64,000 nucleotides of DNA from Myxococcota bacterium (GCA_965228475.1 OZ245817.1:2560001-2624000); one strand, 5' to 3'. Numbered from the stretch's first letter, positions 18,943 through 29,168 are shown. Notes: a model not told the origin generated them from the sequence alone. Program-made: numbers and translations.

Positions 18943-21297
18943 TCAGCTCCCGGCCGCACGCAGGCGGCACGGGACGTAGCGGTGGTGGGGAATGCCGGTG
19001 AAGGGGTCGCGGTCCGCGGCGTCGGTCAGCTCGTTCAGGTTCAGGCCGTCGACGGCGACGTCGCCGGAAGCGCTCGAGTGGACCATGCCGAAGCCGTTCG
19101 GCACCCAGACGTGGCCGCGCCGCAGCTTCGCGTCGAGGGCCAGCGGCAGCTCTGCAGCACCCCGGCGCGTCTCGAGGACGACTTCCTCGCCGGCGTCGAG
19201 GCCGAGCTGGGCCGCGTCGTCCGGGTGGACGCTCACGGTGCAGTGCGGCCCGCGGCCCTTGCGCCAGTTCGGGTCGCGCTGGATCAGGTTCGCCGTCCAG
19301 CGCGTGCGCAGACCGGCGGCCAGGACGAAGGGATACTCCGGGTCCTCTTCGAGGCTCGCGTCGAGGGCGCGGCCGATCTCGGGCATCACGGCCTCGGGTG
19401 CGAGGCGGATCTTGCCGTCGCTGTGGCCCACGTGGTCCGAGAGCGCGTCCTCCTCGTTGGCCCGGGCGATCGCGACGCCCTCGGGGTGCTCGAGGATGCG
19501 CCGGAAGAGTTCGTTCCCTATGGCGAAGGGGTTCTCGTCCGCGAAGTCCGGGCCGAGCTCCCGCAGGACGCTCTCGCGCCGCATCATCGCGTTCAGGTGG
19601 CACTGGGCCCAGATCCCGGCCAGGGCCGGAGAAGGCAGGTGCGGCCCGACGGTCCGGTAGGCCCAGAAGATCATCGCGTTCTCGCCCGCCTCGGCGGACT
19701 TCTCACGCGCCGTCGCGAGCCAGCGCATGGCGGCAGCCGGATCCTCGGTGGCGGTCTTGCCGAGTTCGAAGAGCTCCTCGGCGGGCTCGCCGAAGAGGTC
19801 GAGGGCCGAAACCAGCCGCGCGTAGATCTCCGGCTCGGGCAGCGCCTCGGGCGGCCCCGCGACGACCGGCGGCCGCACCTGGACGTGCACCTCCGGCCAG
19901 CCCTTCGGGAAGAGCGCCATCTCCCACTTCTCGTAGCCGACCGGGGTCGGCAGCACGTAGTCGGCCAGGCGCGCGGTCTCGGTCATGGCCGGGTCGATCA
20001 CCACCACGAGGTCGAGCTTCGCGAAGGCCTCGCGCCAGCGCGGCGCATCGGAGAAGGAGAGCAGCGGGTTCGAGCCCTCGACGACGACCGCCCGGATGCG
20101 TTCGGGGTGGTCGATCATCACCTCTTCCGGGAACAGGTTCGGCGAGAACATGCCGGCGTTGCCGAGCGCGCGGATGGCGGGGATGCCCGAAACGAGGGCC
20201 CGCTCGGGCTCGCTCACGCGCTCCGGGTCCACCACCGGCGGCGCGATCGTCTCCATGAAGATCGATCCGCCCTTGCGGCCCGCATTGCCCGTGACGACCG
20301 CGAGCAGGTGGATCAGGTAGGAGTTGAGCGTCGAGAAGCGGGTCATCTCGACGCCGAGGTCGAAGAGCACGCCCGCGCCGTCCGCCGCGGCGAACTCGCG
20401 CGCCGTCGCCAGCAGGGCCTCGGGCTCGATCTCGCAGCGCTCGGCCATGGCCGCCGGATCCACGCCGGCCAGCGCTTCGCGGACGTCCTCGAAGCCGACG
20501 CAGCGCTCGGCCACGAAGGCCTCGTCGTGCCAGCCGTTCTGGACGATCGCCGCGAGCATCCCGAGCAGCAGATAGACGTCGCTCCCGGGCGGAACCCGCA
20601 GGTGGCGATCGGCCGCGCGGGTGGTCTCGGTCTCGCGCGGGTCCACCGCCACGAGGATGCGCTCCGGATCGTCGGCGTACTGCTTGAAGAACTCGTTCGC
20701 GGCGTGCCCCCGGTTGCTGATCCGCGGGTTCGTGCCCATGACGAGCAGGTACTTCACGTGCTTCTGGTCGACGTGGAAGAACGTCGCCGGGGAGCTGCCG
20801 AACATCCAGCCCTCGACGAGCGGGTGCTGGGTCTTCTCCTGGGCCAGCGCGTTGAACCAGCGCTTCGAGCCCATCCCGCGCAGCCAGCCGAGCCCGTAGG
20901 GGCCGTCCATGTGGTTGCCCTGGCCGCCGATGCCGACGAGCGAGAAGGCCCGCCCACCGCTCTCGGCATGGATCTCGCGCATCTTCTCCGCGATCCCGGC
21001 GATCGCCTCGTCCCAGGAGACGCGCTCGAAGGTGCCGTCGGGCCGCCGGCGGAGCGGGTGCTGGGTGCGCTCCTCGTGCTCGACGTACTTCGCGATCGTG
21101 AAGCCCTTGTTGCAGATGTAGCCGTGGGTGATCGGGTTCGACTCGTCGGCGCGGACCTTGGTGATCCGGTTCCCCGCGACGTCGACGCGGACGCCGCAGT
21201 TGTGACTGCACAGCACGCAGACGGTGGCGAGGTTCTCGCCCTCGCTCGGAATGGGCTCTCGGGAAACGGACGGGGGAACGCTCTGGGCAGGCATCAT
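18943..21297 (-). CDS. Molybdopterin-dependent oxidoreductase (DMSO-reductase superfamily, N-terminal 4Fe-4S)
   Basis: CVLCSHNC..YICNKG, RVSWDEA, GTNP, VDPRETET, IDPAMTETARLADYVLP, C-terminal VHPDDAAQLG..LRRGHVWVPNG. Confidence 0.9.
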   Translation of the reverse strand: MMPAQSVPPSVSREPIPSEGENLATVCVLCSHNCGVRVDVAGNRITKVRADESNPITHGYICNKGFTIAKYVEHEERTQHPLRRRPDGTFERVSWDEAIAGIAEKMREIHAESGGRAFSLVGIGGQGNHMDGPYGLGWLRGMGSKRWFNALAQEKTQHPLVEGWMFGSSPATFFHVDQKHVKYLLVMGTNPRISNRGHAANEFFKQYADDPERILVAVDPRETETTRAADRHLRVPPGSDVYLLLGMLAAIVQNGWHDEAFVAERCVGFEDVREALAGVDPAAMAERCEIEPEALLATAREFAAADGAGVLFDLGVEMTRFSTLNSYLIHLLAVVTGNAGRKGGSIFMETIAPPVVDPERVSEPERALVSGIPAIRALGNAGMFSPNLFPEEVMIDHPERIRAVVVEGSNPLLSFSDAPRWREAFAKLDLVVVIDPAMTETARLADYVLPTPVGYEKWEMALFPKGWPEVHVQVRPPVVAGPPEALPEPEIYARLVSALDLFGEPAEELFELGKTATEDPAAAMRWLATAREKSAEAGENAMIFWAYRTVGPHLPSPALAGIWAQCHLNAMMRRESVLRELGPDFADENPFAIGNELFRRILEHPEGVAIARANEEDALSDHVGHSDGKIRLAPEAVMPEIGRALDASLEEDPEYPFVLAAGLRTRWTANLIQRDPNWRKGRGPHCTVSVHPDDAAQLGLDAGEEVVLETRRGAAELPLALDAKLRRGHVWVPNGFGMVHSSASGDVAVDGLNLNELTDAADRDPFTGIPHHRYVPCRLRAAGS

Positions 21298-21815
21298 CGA
21301 TCCTCCTCGGGCGCGGTGGCTCGCTCGCGATCGCGGGTGGGGAAACGGTCGGGAAAACCTCGGGCGCGGAGTGCCGGGCCGGGGCGCGGCTCGACACCGC
21401 GGGGATCGAGCGGCTCGCGGCACTCGGAGCAGACGACGGTGGGCGTCGTCTCGTGGCCGCAGGCCCGGTGGTGGAGCTCGAGGGGCTTGCCCTCGTCGCC
21501 GGATTGCCAGCGGTCGCCCCAGCGCAGCAGGGAGATCATCACCGGGTAGAGATCCCTGCCCTTCTCGGTGAGCCGGTACTCGTAGCGGCGCGGGCGGTCC
21601 CGGTAGGGGACGCGCTCGAGCACGCCGGCGTCGACGAGCTTCCGCAGGCGGTCGGTCAGGACGTGGGGCGTCGGGCCGAGCTGGCGCTGGAAGTCGTCGA
21701 AGCGCCGCGTCCCGAGGAAGCAATCGCGCAGGATCATGAGCGTCCAACGGTCCCCGACGATCGCCAGGGTCCGGGCGATCGAGCAGGTCATCTCGCCGAT
21801 CTCGTTCCAGCGCAT
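21294..21815 (-). CDS. HxlR-family winged-helix transcriptional regulator
   Basis: CSIARTLAIVGDRWTLMILR, RRFDDF, RYEYRLTEKGRDL, WGDRW; C-terminal H..C...C..C. Confidence 0.92.
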   Translation of the reverse strand: MRWNEIGEMTCSIARTLAIVGDRWTLMILRDCFLGTRRFDDFQRQLGPTPHVLTDRLRKLVDAGVLERVPYRDRPRRYEYRLTEKGRDLYPVMISLLRWGDRWQSGDEGKPLELHHRACGHETTPTVVCSECREPLDPRGVEPRPGPALRARGFPDRFPTRDRERATAPEEDR

Positions 21816-21820
21816 GGCGG

Positions 21821-21852
21821 GATAGTAACTTCCTTTTTGGAAGTAATCTATC
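21821..21852. promoter_or_regulatory. Palindromic operator between divergent hxlR and enoyl-CoA hydratase genes
   Basis: GATAGTAACTTCC-TTTTT-GGAAGTAATCTATC, an AT-rich inverted repeat directly before the hxlR ATG. Confidence 0.7.
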
Positions 21853-21898
21853 GGAAAGAGGCCGGAGGCCGTAGAATCGGCCCTCCCAAGGAGGCCCC

Positions 21899-22693
21899 GT
21901 GAGCGAAGAAGTCCTGCTCGAATCCGAAGGCGCCGTCGCCACCCTCACGCTGAACCGGCCGGACCGCCTGAACGCGATCTCCGTCCCGATGCTCGACGAG
22001 CTCGCCCGCCAGCTCGTGGAGCTCGACCGGGACCCCGCGGTCCGGGTGATCGTGCTGACCGGCGCCGGGCGGGGCTTCTGCGCCGGTCTCGACCTCCAGG
22101 ACGCGACCTCGGGCTCCGGCATCGGCAGCCCGGGCGGTGCCAAGTTCCCCCCGACCCTCGACCTCCGGGAAGCCCCGCCGACCGTCCTCCACGCCCTCGA
22201 CACGCCGACGATCTGCGCGCTGAACGGCGGCGCCGCCGGCTACGGCATGGACCTCGCGCTCGGCTGCGACATCCGGATCGCCAGCGAGAAGGCGAAGCTC
22301 GCCGCGGCCTTCACGCGGCGCGGCGTCGTGCCCGAGAGCGGCGGGACCTGGCTCCTCCCGCGGCTCGTCGGCTGGGCCAAGGCGGCGGAGATCATCTTCA
22401 CCGGCCGGACCCTCGATGCGCCGGCCTGCCTCGAGCTCGGCCTCGTGAACCAGGTCGTCCCCCAGGAGCTCCTGATGAAGGAGACGATGTCCCTCGCCCA
22501 GGAGATCGCCGAGAACGCGCCCCTGGCCGTGCAGGCCTCGAAGCGCATGATGCGCATGGCGCAGAACGAGACCTTCGACGAGCACGTCCACCACGTCTAC
22601 CTGCAGCTGATCCCGCTCTTCCAGACGAAGGACTTCCGCGAGGGACTGAAATCGTTCCTCGAGAAGCGCAAGCCGGACTTCGAGGGGCGCTAG
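21899..22693 (+). CDS. Enoyl-CoA hydratase/isomerase family protein
   Basis: LNRPDRLNA, GFCAGLDL, NGGAAGYG, ALGCDIR, PESGG, DFREG..SFLEKR. Confidence 0.92.
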   Translation: MSEEVLLESEGAVATLTLNRPDRLNAISVPMLDELARQLVELDRDPAVRVIVLTGAGRGFCAGLDLQDATSGSGIGSPGGAKFPPTLDLREAPPTVLHALDTPTICALNGGAAGYGMDLALGCDIRIASEKAKLAAAFTRRGVVPESGGTWLLPRLVGWAKAAEIIFTGRTLDAPACLELGLVNQVVPQELLMKETMSLAQEIAENAPLAVQASKRMMRMAQNETFDEHVHHVYLQLIPLFQTKDFREGLKSFLEKRKPDFEGR

Positions 22694-23475
22694 TGGCCCT
22701 CGAAACCTTCAGCCAGGAGACCTTGGAGTTCGAGGGCGCCGCACGGACCGTCTACCGCGGCGGCTCCGGGCCGGCGATCGTGGTCATGCCGGAGATCCCG
22801 GGCATCACGCCCGAGGTGGCGGGCTTCGCGAAACGGCTCGTCGATGCGGGCTTCTCGATCTACCTGGCCGACCTCTTCGGGACGCCCGGCAAGCCCCTCT
22901 CCGTGCCCTACGCGCTCGGACAGATCGCCCGCGCCTGCGTGAGCCGCGAGTTCTCGGTGCTCGCCGCCCACGAGGCGAGCCCGGTCACGGACTGGCTGCG
23001 CGCCCTCTGCCGCCACGCCCATGCGGAACAGGGCGGCAAGGGCGTCGGCGCGATCGGCATGTGCATCACCGGGAACTTCGCCCTCGCGCTGATGGTCGAC
23101 GAAGCCGTCATGGCGCCGGTGCTCTCGCAGCCCTCCCTGCCCTTCGGCCTCGGCAAGGAGCGCCGAGCGGCGCTCCACGTCTCGGACGCCCAGCTCGAGA
23201 CGATCCGCACGCGCGCGCGCAACGGCTGCCCGGTGCTCGGCATGCGCTTCACCCACGACCCGATGTGCCCCGGCGAGCGCTTCGAGACGCTGCGCCAGGA
23301 GCTCGGGCCCGAAGGCTTCGAGGGGATCGAGATCGATTCGGGGCCGGGCAACCCGCACGGGATCCCGCGCATCGCGCACTCGGTCGTCACCAACGACCTC
23401 GTCGACGAGGCCGGCCACCCGACGCGGGAGGCCCTCGACCGGGTGCTCGCCTTCTTCGGGAGTCAGCTTCGCTGA
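22693..23475 (+). CDS. Dienelactone hydrolase family protein
   Basis: MPEIPGIT, nucleophile elbow GAIGMCITG, HDPMCP, AHSV. Confidence 0.85.
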   Translation: MALETFSQETLEFEGAARTVYRGGSGPAIVVMPEIPGITPEVAGFAKRLVDAGFSIYLADLFGTPGKPLSVPYALGQIARACVSREFSVLAAHEASPVTDWLRALCRHAHAEQGGKGVGAIGMCITGNFALALMVDEAVMAPVLSQPSLPFGLGKERRAALHVSDAQLETIRTRARNGCPVLGMRFTHDPMCPGERFETLRQELGPEGFEGIEIDSGPGNPHGIPRIAHSVVTNDLVDEAGHPTREALDRVLAFFGSQLR

Positions 23476-23499
23476 GGGCCTGGCGCCGCCCCGGGCGCT

Positions 23500-23721
23500 C
23501 TAGTCGGCGTAGGAGGGTTCGTCGTCCCGCAGCGGCATGACGATCCACAGGATCAGGTAGACGATGATCCCCGGGAACGCGACGGACAGGACCGAGACCA
23601 GGACGAACAGCAGGCGCGTGAGGCCCGGGCTCCAGCCGAGCCAGTCGGCGAGCCCACCACAGACGCCCGCGAGCATGCGGTGCTCACGCGAGCGCAACAG
23701 TCCCTTCCGGGGTTCGGCCAT
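23500..23721 (-). CDS. PspC-domain membrane protein
   Basis: RSREHRMLAGVCGGLA, RLLFV, YLILWIVMP. Confidence 0.9.
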   Translation of the reverse strand: MAEPRKGLLRSREHRMLAGVCGGLADWLGWSPGLTRLLFVLVSVLSVAFPGIIVYLILWIVMPLRDDEPSYAD

Positions 23722-23810
23722 CGGATCTCCTCCAAGCAGGTCGTTCGGAGGATAGTACGCAGGGGGGCCCTCTCGGGTTCACGCCCGGAGGGAAAATTCT
23801 CTGGGGGCTC

Positions 23811-24353
23811 CTAGGCCCCTTCCCGGCTCGTGGTGATGTTCCCGCCGACCTCGGGCGGCAGGTTCATGACCTCCCGCGGAAAGTGGTCCACCAGGAACTG
23901 CACCACGTCGCGAACCGAGACGATCGCCACCGGGTGGCCGGCCTCGTTCACGACCGGGACGTGCCGGAAGCCCCCCACCGCCATCCGGTTGAGCACGAAG
24001 GCCACGCTCGTGCCGGCAAGCAGGGTGTCCGGGTTTCGCGTCATCACCTCGGCCAGCGGCAGGGTCGCCGGGTTCCGGCCGCGGTCGATGATGCGGTAGA
24101 GGACGTCCCGTTCGGTGAAGATGCCCACGAGGGGGCTCTCGTTGCCGCCCCCGTCCGTGATGAGCACGCAGCCGCGGTGCTCCTTCTGCATGGCATGCAT
24201 GGCTTCGCTCACGAACTGGTTCCGCGAGAAGACGATCGGCTCGTGCGTGGGCAGGACGCTCAGCGGCTGCTTCAGAATCGAGGCATCGAAGGAACGCTCG
24301 GAGCGGGCTCGGTCTGACGATCGCGTCGGTCGGTCGGTCATTTCGCCCCCCAT
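23811..24353 (-). CDS. CBS-domain (Bateman) protein
   Basis: LVGIFTERD, EVMTRNP, GGFRHVPVV, IVSVRD; start at 24353 or 24341. Confidence 0.88.
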   Translation of the reverse strand: MGGEMTDRPTRSSDRARSERSFDASILKQPLSVLPTHEPIVFSRNQFVSEAMHAMQKEHRGCVLITDGGGNESPLVGIFTERDVLYRIIDRGRNPATLPLAEVMTRNPDTLLAGTSVAFVLNRMAVGGFRHVPVVNEAGHPVAIVSVRDVVQFLVDHFPREVMNLPPEVGGNITTSREGA

Positions 24354-24549
24354 CGTGGTTCGCTCGCCTGGATGATCCTCCGTCCGCCAAGGCCGGGGAG
24401 ACGTCCCCAGAAGGGCCCTGGAAGGCCCCACGGCCCTCGACGGCAGGCAGCCATTTTACGCCCGAGGGCCTCGTCCTGTCCACACGGACCCGCAGGCGCT
24501 CAACCTAGAGCCCCGTTTCGCCGTTGAAAACCGCGGAGACGGATTCCGC

Positions 24550-26397
24550 ATGAACCTCTACCTACTGCTCCCGCTGTTCGCCTGCCTCGCCTCGGCGATG
24601 CTGACGGTCGGGATGCTCCAGCGCGACGGGACCCACCGCGCGAACCGCATCGCCGCGGCGCTCACCTTCGGCGCGATGTTCTGGTCCCTGTGCGAAGTCC
24701 TCTGGGCGACCACGACGGACCCGGAGCTCGCCCTGCGCCTCGTGCGGATCTCCTCGGCCGGCTGGGTCGCGATGGGCCCGCTCGGGCTCCACCTCTTCCT
24801 CGAACTGACCGGAGCCACCTCGCATCGCCGCGCGGTCGGCTACCTCTACGCCACTTCCGCCGTTTTCCTCGCGATCACCCTCACGACGGACTGGATGCAC
24901 ACCGGCGTCACGCCGACGGCCTGGGGGTTCGGGTACGAGTTCGGCCCGGCCTACCCCGCCTTCTGGTGCTTTACCGTCGCATGCCTCGTGTTCGGGCTCT
25001 CCCGCGCCGTGCGCCACCTGCGAACCGCGGACTCGCCCGCGGAGCGCTCCCAGGCCACCTGGATCATCGTCGGCGTGACCGTTCCGCTCTGCACGGCCTC
25101 GATCACCGACGGCATCCTCCCGCTCCTCGGGATCCAGGTGCCCCGCCTCGGGACGGCCTCCTTCGCCTTCCTCGGCGGCACCATCCTGTGGAGCTTCTAT
25201 CGCTACGGCTACACGTTGCTCGCCCCCGGCCACTTCGCCCGGGAGATCCTCGCGACCCAGAGCGACGGCGTAGCGCTGCTCTGGCTCGACGGCCGGGTGC
25301 GCTGGGCGAACCCCGGCCTCGCGCGTCTCGTCGGGCGCTCGGTCGCCGTCCTCGAGGGGATGGACATGTCCGCGCGGCTCCCCGGAGTCCCCCTCGACGC
25401 GGGCACCCCCGTCGATGCCCTCGAGTGCGACCTCGTGCAGGACACCGAGGACGTGGCCGCGGTCTCCGCCTCGACCTCGGTCCTGCGGGACAAGCAGGGC
25501 CTGCCGCTCGGCCTGGTGCTCGTGCTCCGCGACCTCCGGGAGGTCGCGGCCCTTCGCTCGCGCCTCGTCACCTCGGGCCGCCTCGCCGCCGTCGGCGAGC
25601 TCGCGGCGGGCGTCGCCCACGAGATCAACAACCCGATCGCCTACGTCCGTGCGAACCTCGGCCTCCTCGGCGACGTGCTCGACAAGCTCGACGGTCCGAG
25701 CGACGCGGACGATCGCAGCGCGCCCCTCGCGGAAGGCCGGGAACTCCTCGAGGAATCGCTCGACGGCGTGGATCGCGTCGCGAACATCGTGCGCGACATC
25801 CGCGGCTTCGCCCACCAGGGTGCCGGTCGCCACGAAGAGATCGACCTCAACGCCTTGCTCGACTCCGTCGTGCGCGTGGCCACGCCCCACCTGAAAGAGG
25901 TCCGGATCGAACGCCGCTTCGAAGCCGGGCTCACCGTCGAAGCCTCCGCCCCAGAGCTCCAGCAGGTGTTCCTGAACCTCGTGGTGAACGCCGCGCAGGC
26001 CCTCCCGGAGGCGGGAACGATCCAGCTCGCCACGGAACGCGACGGCGAGTGGATCATCGCGTCGGTCGAAGACGATGGCGGGGGGATCGCCCCGGAGATC
26101 GTCGAGCGGATCTTCGACCCGTTCTTCACGACCAAGCCCGTCGGCGAAGGCTGTGGACTCGGCCTCGCCATCGCCTACCAGATCGTGCGCAAGCACGACG
26201 GCGACCTGCAGGTCCGCTCAAACCCGGGCGAAGGAACGCGCTTCAGCGTCCGCCTCCCGGCGGGCGCACCCCAGCGCGACGGCGAAACCTCACCCGGTCA
26301 CGAGTCCGAGGGCTCGCCCGGCGGACGGCCCTCGAGCAGCACCTCCGTGAGCCAGGGGTCGAGCTTCACGCCGGGGGCCGCGCGCAAGGGCTCGTAG
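24550..26397 (+). CDS. Sensor histidine kinase (N-terminal 7TM, PAS, HisKA, HATPase)
   Basis: About 7 TM segments; AGVAHEINNP; QVFLNLVVNA; DDGGG; FDPFFTTK; GLGL. Confidence 0.92.
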   Translation: MNLYLLLPLFACLASAMLTVGMLQRDGTHRANRIAAALTFGAMFWSLCEVLWATTTDPELALRLVRISSAGWVAMGPLGLHLFLELTGATSHRRAVGYLYATSAVFLAITLTTDWMHTGVTPTAWGFGYEFGPAYPAFWCFTVACLVFGLSRAVRHLRTADSPAERSQATWIIVGVTVPLCTASITDGILPLLGIQVPRLGTASFAFLGGTILWSFYRYGYTLLAPGHFAREILATQSDGVALLWLDGRVRWANPGLARLVGRSVAVLEGMDMSARLPGVPLDAGTPVDALECDLVQDTEDVAAVSASTSVLRDKQGLPLGLVLVLRDLREVAALRSRLVTSGRLAAVGELAAGVAHEINNPIAYVRANLGLLGDVLDKLDGPSDADDRSAPLAEGRELLEESLDGVDRVANIVRDIRGFAHQGAGRHEEIDLNALLDSVVRVATPHLKEVRIERRFEAGLTVEASAPELQQVFLNLVVNAAQALPEAGTIQLATERDGEWIIASVEDDGGGIAPEIVERIFDPFFTTKPVGEGCGLGLAIAYQIVRKHDGDLQVRSNPGEGTRFSVRLPAGAPQRDGETSPGHESEGSPGGRPSSSTSVSQGSSFTPGAARKGS

Positions 26398-28067
26398 CCC
26401 TCTTCCCGCAGGGCCTCCGCGAAGGTCCCGACGGCGCCATCGGTGATGCCGAACCCGCGCAGCGCCTGGGCGACCAGATCGATCGTGCTCTCGAACTCCT
26501 CGGCCACGATCCCGCTCGCGCCGGCTTCGTAGAGCGCATCGGCTTCACCGATGTAGCGGGTCCGGGCGAGCACGCGGACGTTCGGCGTCATGCCCCGGAT
26601 CGTCCCGACGACGTTTCGCGTCGCGTGGGAGTCCGTCGTGGCGACGACCACGAGCCGAGCGTTCTCGACGCCGACCCGCTCGAGCAGCGGACGACGGGTC
26701 GCGTCGCCGAACACCACGGGGTGACCGTCCTCGCTGGCCTGCCGCACGGTACGCGCGTTCGAATCGATGGCGACGTGTTCGATGCCGATCGCCTCCAGCA
26801 CGCGCGCGAGCGCCTGCCCGGCCAGGCCGTAGCCGATGATCACGACGTGCCCGCCCCGGCGCGGCGAACCGGCCCGCTCACGCGGCGCGATCCGGTCCGA
26901 GCCGCGCGCCAGCCAGCCCGCCACGCTCGGCGCGGCCTGCATGAGGAACGGGGTCGCCACCAGCGTGAGCACCGAGCCCGCGAGGAAGATCTGTTCGACG
27001 CGCGCATCGAGCAGCCCGGCCGTTCCTGCAGCCGCCGCCAGCACGAAGGAGAACTCCCCGGTCTGGGCGAGGGTCAGGCCGGAGAGCACCCCCACCCGCA
27101 CGCCGAGCCGGAGGAGCAGCGTCACGAGCAGCATGACGAGCCCGGCCTTCAAGACCACGACGCCCGCGACGTACCCGAGGACCTCCGCCGCGTTGGCGAC
27201 GGCCGCGCCCGGGTCGAAGAGCATCCCGACCGCGGTGAAGAAGAGCCCGAGCAGAACGCCCCGGAGCGTCACGACCTCGGCGAACAGGGCATGGGCGTAG
27301 CGCGAGGTCGCCGTCACGAGGCCGGCGACGAAGGCGCCCACGGCGAGGGTCAGCCCCGCCTGCTCGGCCAGCCACGCGGAGCCGAGCACGAGCAGGAGCG
27401 CGACGAGGCTGAACAGGTCGCGGGAGGGCTGCTGCGCCACCCGGTCGAGCGTGGCGGGGAGGACGAACCAGGCGACGGCCACGAAGCCCACCAGCGCCAG
27501 GCCCGCGCGCCCGAGCTCGAGCATGAAGGCCGACGGCGCCGCCGCGGCATCGCTCGCGAGAAGCGGCACGGCCAGCAGGAACGGCACGATGCACAGGTCC
27601 TGGAAGAGCAGGATTCCCACCGAGACCTGGCCGTGGGGCGCGTCGATCGAGCCCTGCTCCGAGAGCAGCCGGATCACGAGCGCCGTACTCGACATCGCGA
27701 CGAGGGCCCCGAGGACGAGCGCCGTCTCCCCGCGCATGCCGAGCGCACTCGCCGCGCCGGCGACGGCCGCGACGGTCAGCGCGACCTGGAGCCCGCCCGC
27801 GAGGAACGTCTCCTTCCAGAGGCCGCGCAGACGGTCCACCGGAAGCTCGAGCCCGATCTCGAACAGGAGGAAGACGACCCCGAACTCGGCGAGCGCCCGG
27901 ACGCGCTCCGGGTCCGAGACCAGGCCGAGGCCGCCGGGCCCGACGAGAGTTCCCGTCAGCAGGAAGCCCGCCACCGAGGGCAGGCCGAGGCGCTCGAAGA
28001 CCGCGACGCCCACGGCCGCGACCGCCACCAGCAGCAGAAGCTGGGAGAGCAGCTCCCCTTCGTGCAA
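26298..28067 (-). CDS. CPA2/Kef-type cation:proton antiporter with KTN domain
   Basis: LAEFGVVFLLFEIGLE, MSSTA, GILLFQD, FFTAVGM, QTGEFSFV, IIGYGLAG, GDAT. Confidence 0.92.
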   Translation of the reverse strand: MHEGELLSQLLLLVAVAAVGVAVFERLGLPSVAGFLLTGTLVGPGGLGLVSDPERVRALAEFGVVFLLFEIGLELPVDRLRGLWKETFLAGGLQVALTVAAVAGAASALGMRGETALVLGALVAMSSTALVIRLLSEQGSIDAPHGQVSVGILLFQDLCIVPFLLAVPLLASDAAAAPSAFMLELGRAGLALVGFVAVAWFVLPATLDRVAQQPSRDLFSLVALLLVLGSAWLAEQAGLTLAVGAFVAGLVTATSRYAHALFAEVVTLRGVLLGLFFTAVGMLFDPGAAVANAAEVLGYVAGVVVLKAGLVMLLVTLLLRLGVRVGVLSGLTLAQTGEFSFVLAAAAGTAGLLDARVEQIFLAGSVLTLVATPFLMQAAPSVAGWLARGSDRIAPRERAGSPRRGGHVVIIGYGLAGQALARVLEAIGIEHVAIDSNARTVRQASEDGHPVVFGDATRRPLLERVGVENARLVVVATTDSHATRNVVGTIRGMTPNVRVLARTRYIGEADALYEAGASGIVAEEFESTIDLVAQALRGFGITDGAVGTFAEALREEGYEPLRAAPGVKLDPWLTEVLLEGRPPGEPSDS

Positions 28068-28124
28068 CGCGACCCCCTCTCGCGACGCCGTGGACCGTGC
28101 CGCGCCGCCCGGCGCGCGAGATGA

Positions 28125-29168
28125 CTACCAGCGGGTGATGTCGCCGTGGCTGTCGGCCACGGGGACGGAACGCATCCAGAGCTGCGAGGCCCACCAGGAC
28201 TCGTTCTCGCGGTACCAGGCGACGGTCCGCGCGAGGCCCTCTTCCAAACCGATGCTCGCTTCGAAGCCGAGCTGCTGGCTCGCCTTCTTCGTGCCGGCCC
28301 GGTGGAGCGCGACCTGGCCCGGGCGATCGGGGCCGTGGACCACGCGCGAAGCGCTTCCCTCGGTCAGGGCGAGCACCCGCTCGGCCAGCGTCATCACGTC
28401 CGCCGCGACGCCGGTCCCGACGTTGAAGACCTCGCCCCGGACGTCGGCGATCGGCGCCGCGAGCACCCGCTCGACGGCATCGCAGGTGTCGTCCACGTAG
28501 ACCCAATCGCGGGCGGCGCGGCCGTCGCCGTGCACCGTCAGCGGCTCGCCGCGCAGCGCGCTCGTCACGAAGCGGGGGATCAGCTTCTCGAGGTGCTGGC
28601 CCGGGCCGTAGTTGTTGAAGGGGCGGAGGATCACCGTCGGCAGGTCGTAGGTATGGGCGAAGGACGAGACCAGCCGGTCGGCCCCGCACTTGGCCGCCGC
28701 GTAGGGCGTGCGCGGATCGAGCGGATGGCTCTCGTCCATGGGGTCGACGATGGCGCTCCCGTAGACCTCCGAGGAGGAGACGTGGACGAAGCGGTCGAGG
28801 CGTTCGCGGTGGCGGACGAGCTGGGCCGTCAGCGTCTGGGTGCCGAGCACGTCGGTCTCGAAGAAGATCAGGTTGTCCGAGATGCTGCGCGGAACGTGGG
28901 TCTCGGCGGCGAAGTGGACGACGGCGTCCGAGCGCGAAACCAGCGCGTCGACCAGGACCGGGCTGCGCACGCTTCCGTGCACGAACTCGAGACGCCCCGT
29001 CGCCGCTGCGGCCGTGAGCCCTTCGAGCCGGCCGGCGTAGGTGAGCGCGTCGAGCACGATGATCCGGTCTTCGGCGTGGTTCTCGAGGTAGCGCGTGACG
29101 AAACGCGAGCCGATGAAACCCGCTCCGCCGGTCACCAGCAGTGTGCGCCCCGATGTCGACTCGCTCAT
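28125..29168 (-). CDS. NDP-sugar 4,6-dehydratase/epimerase (RmlB-like extended SDR)
   Basis: VTGGAGFIGS, DALTYAG, HFAAETHV, SSSEVYG, YAAAK, NNYGP, RDWVYV. Confidence 0.88.
   Translation of the reverse strand: MSESTSGRTLLVTGGAGFIGSRFVTRYLENHAEDRIIVLDALTYAGRLEGLTAAAATGRLEFVHGSVRSPVLVDALVSRSDAVVHFAAETHVPRSISDNLIFFETDVLGTQTLTAQLVRHRERLDRFVHVSSSEVYGSAIVDPMDESHPLDPRTPYAAAKCGADRLVSSFAHTYDLPTVILRPFNNYGPGQHLEKLIPRFVTSALRGEPLTVHGDGRAARDWVYVDDTCDAVERVLAAPIADVRGEVFNVGTGVAADVMTLAERVLALTEGSASRVVHGPDRPGQVALHRAGTKKASQQLGFEASIGLEEGLARTVAWYRENESWWASQLWMRSVPVADSHGDITRW

Noticed and set aside
18943..21297. Selenocysteine or formate dehydrogenase assignment for the molybdoenzyme
   Set aside because: No in-frame TGA and no FDH-type catalytic C/U-H motif was recognised
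24690..28124. 1144-aa ORF spanning the kinase and antiporter
   Set aside because: Off-frame shadow with no motifs
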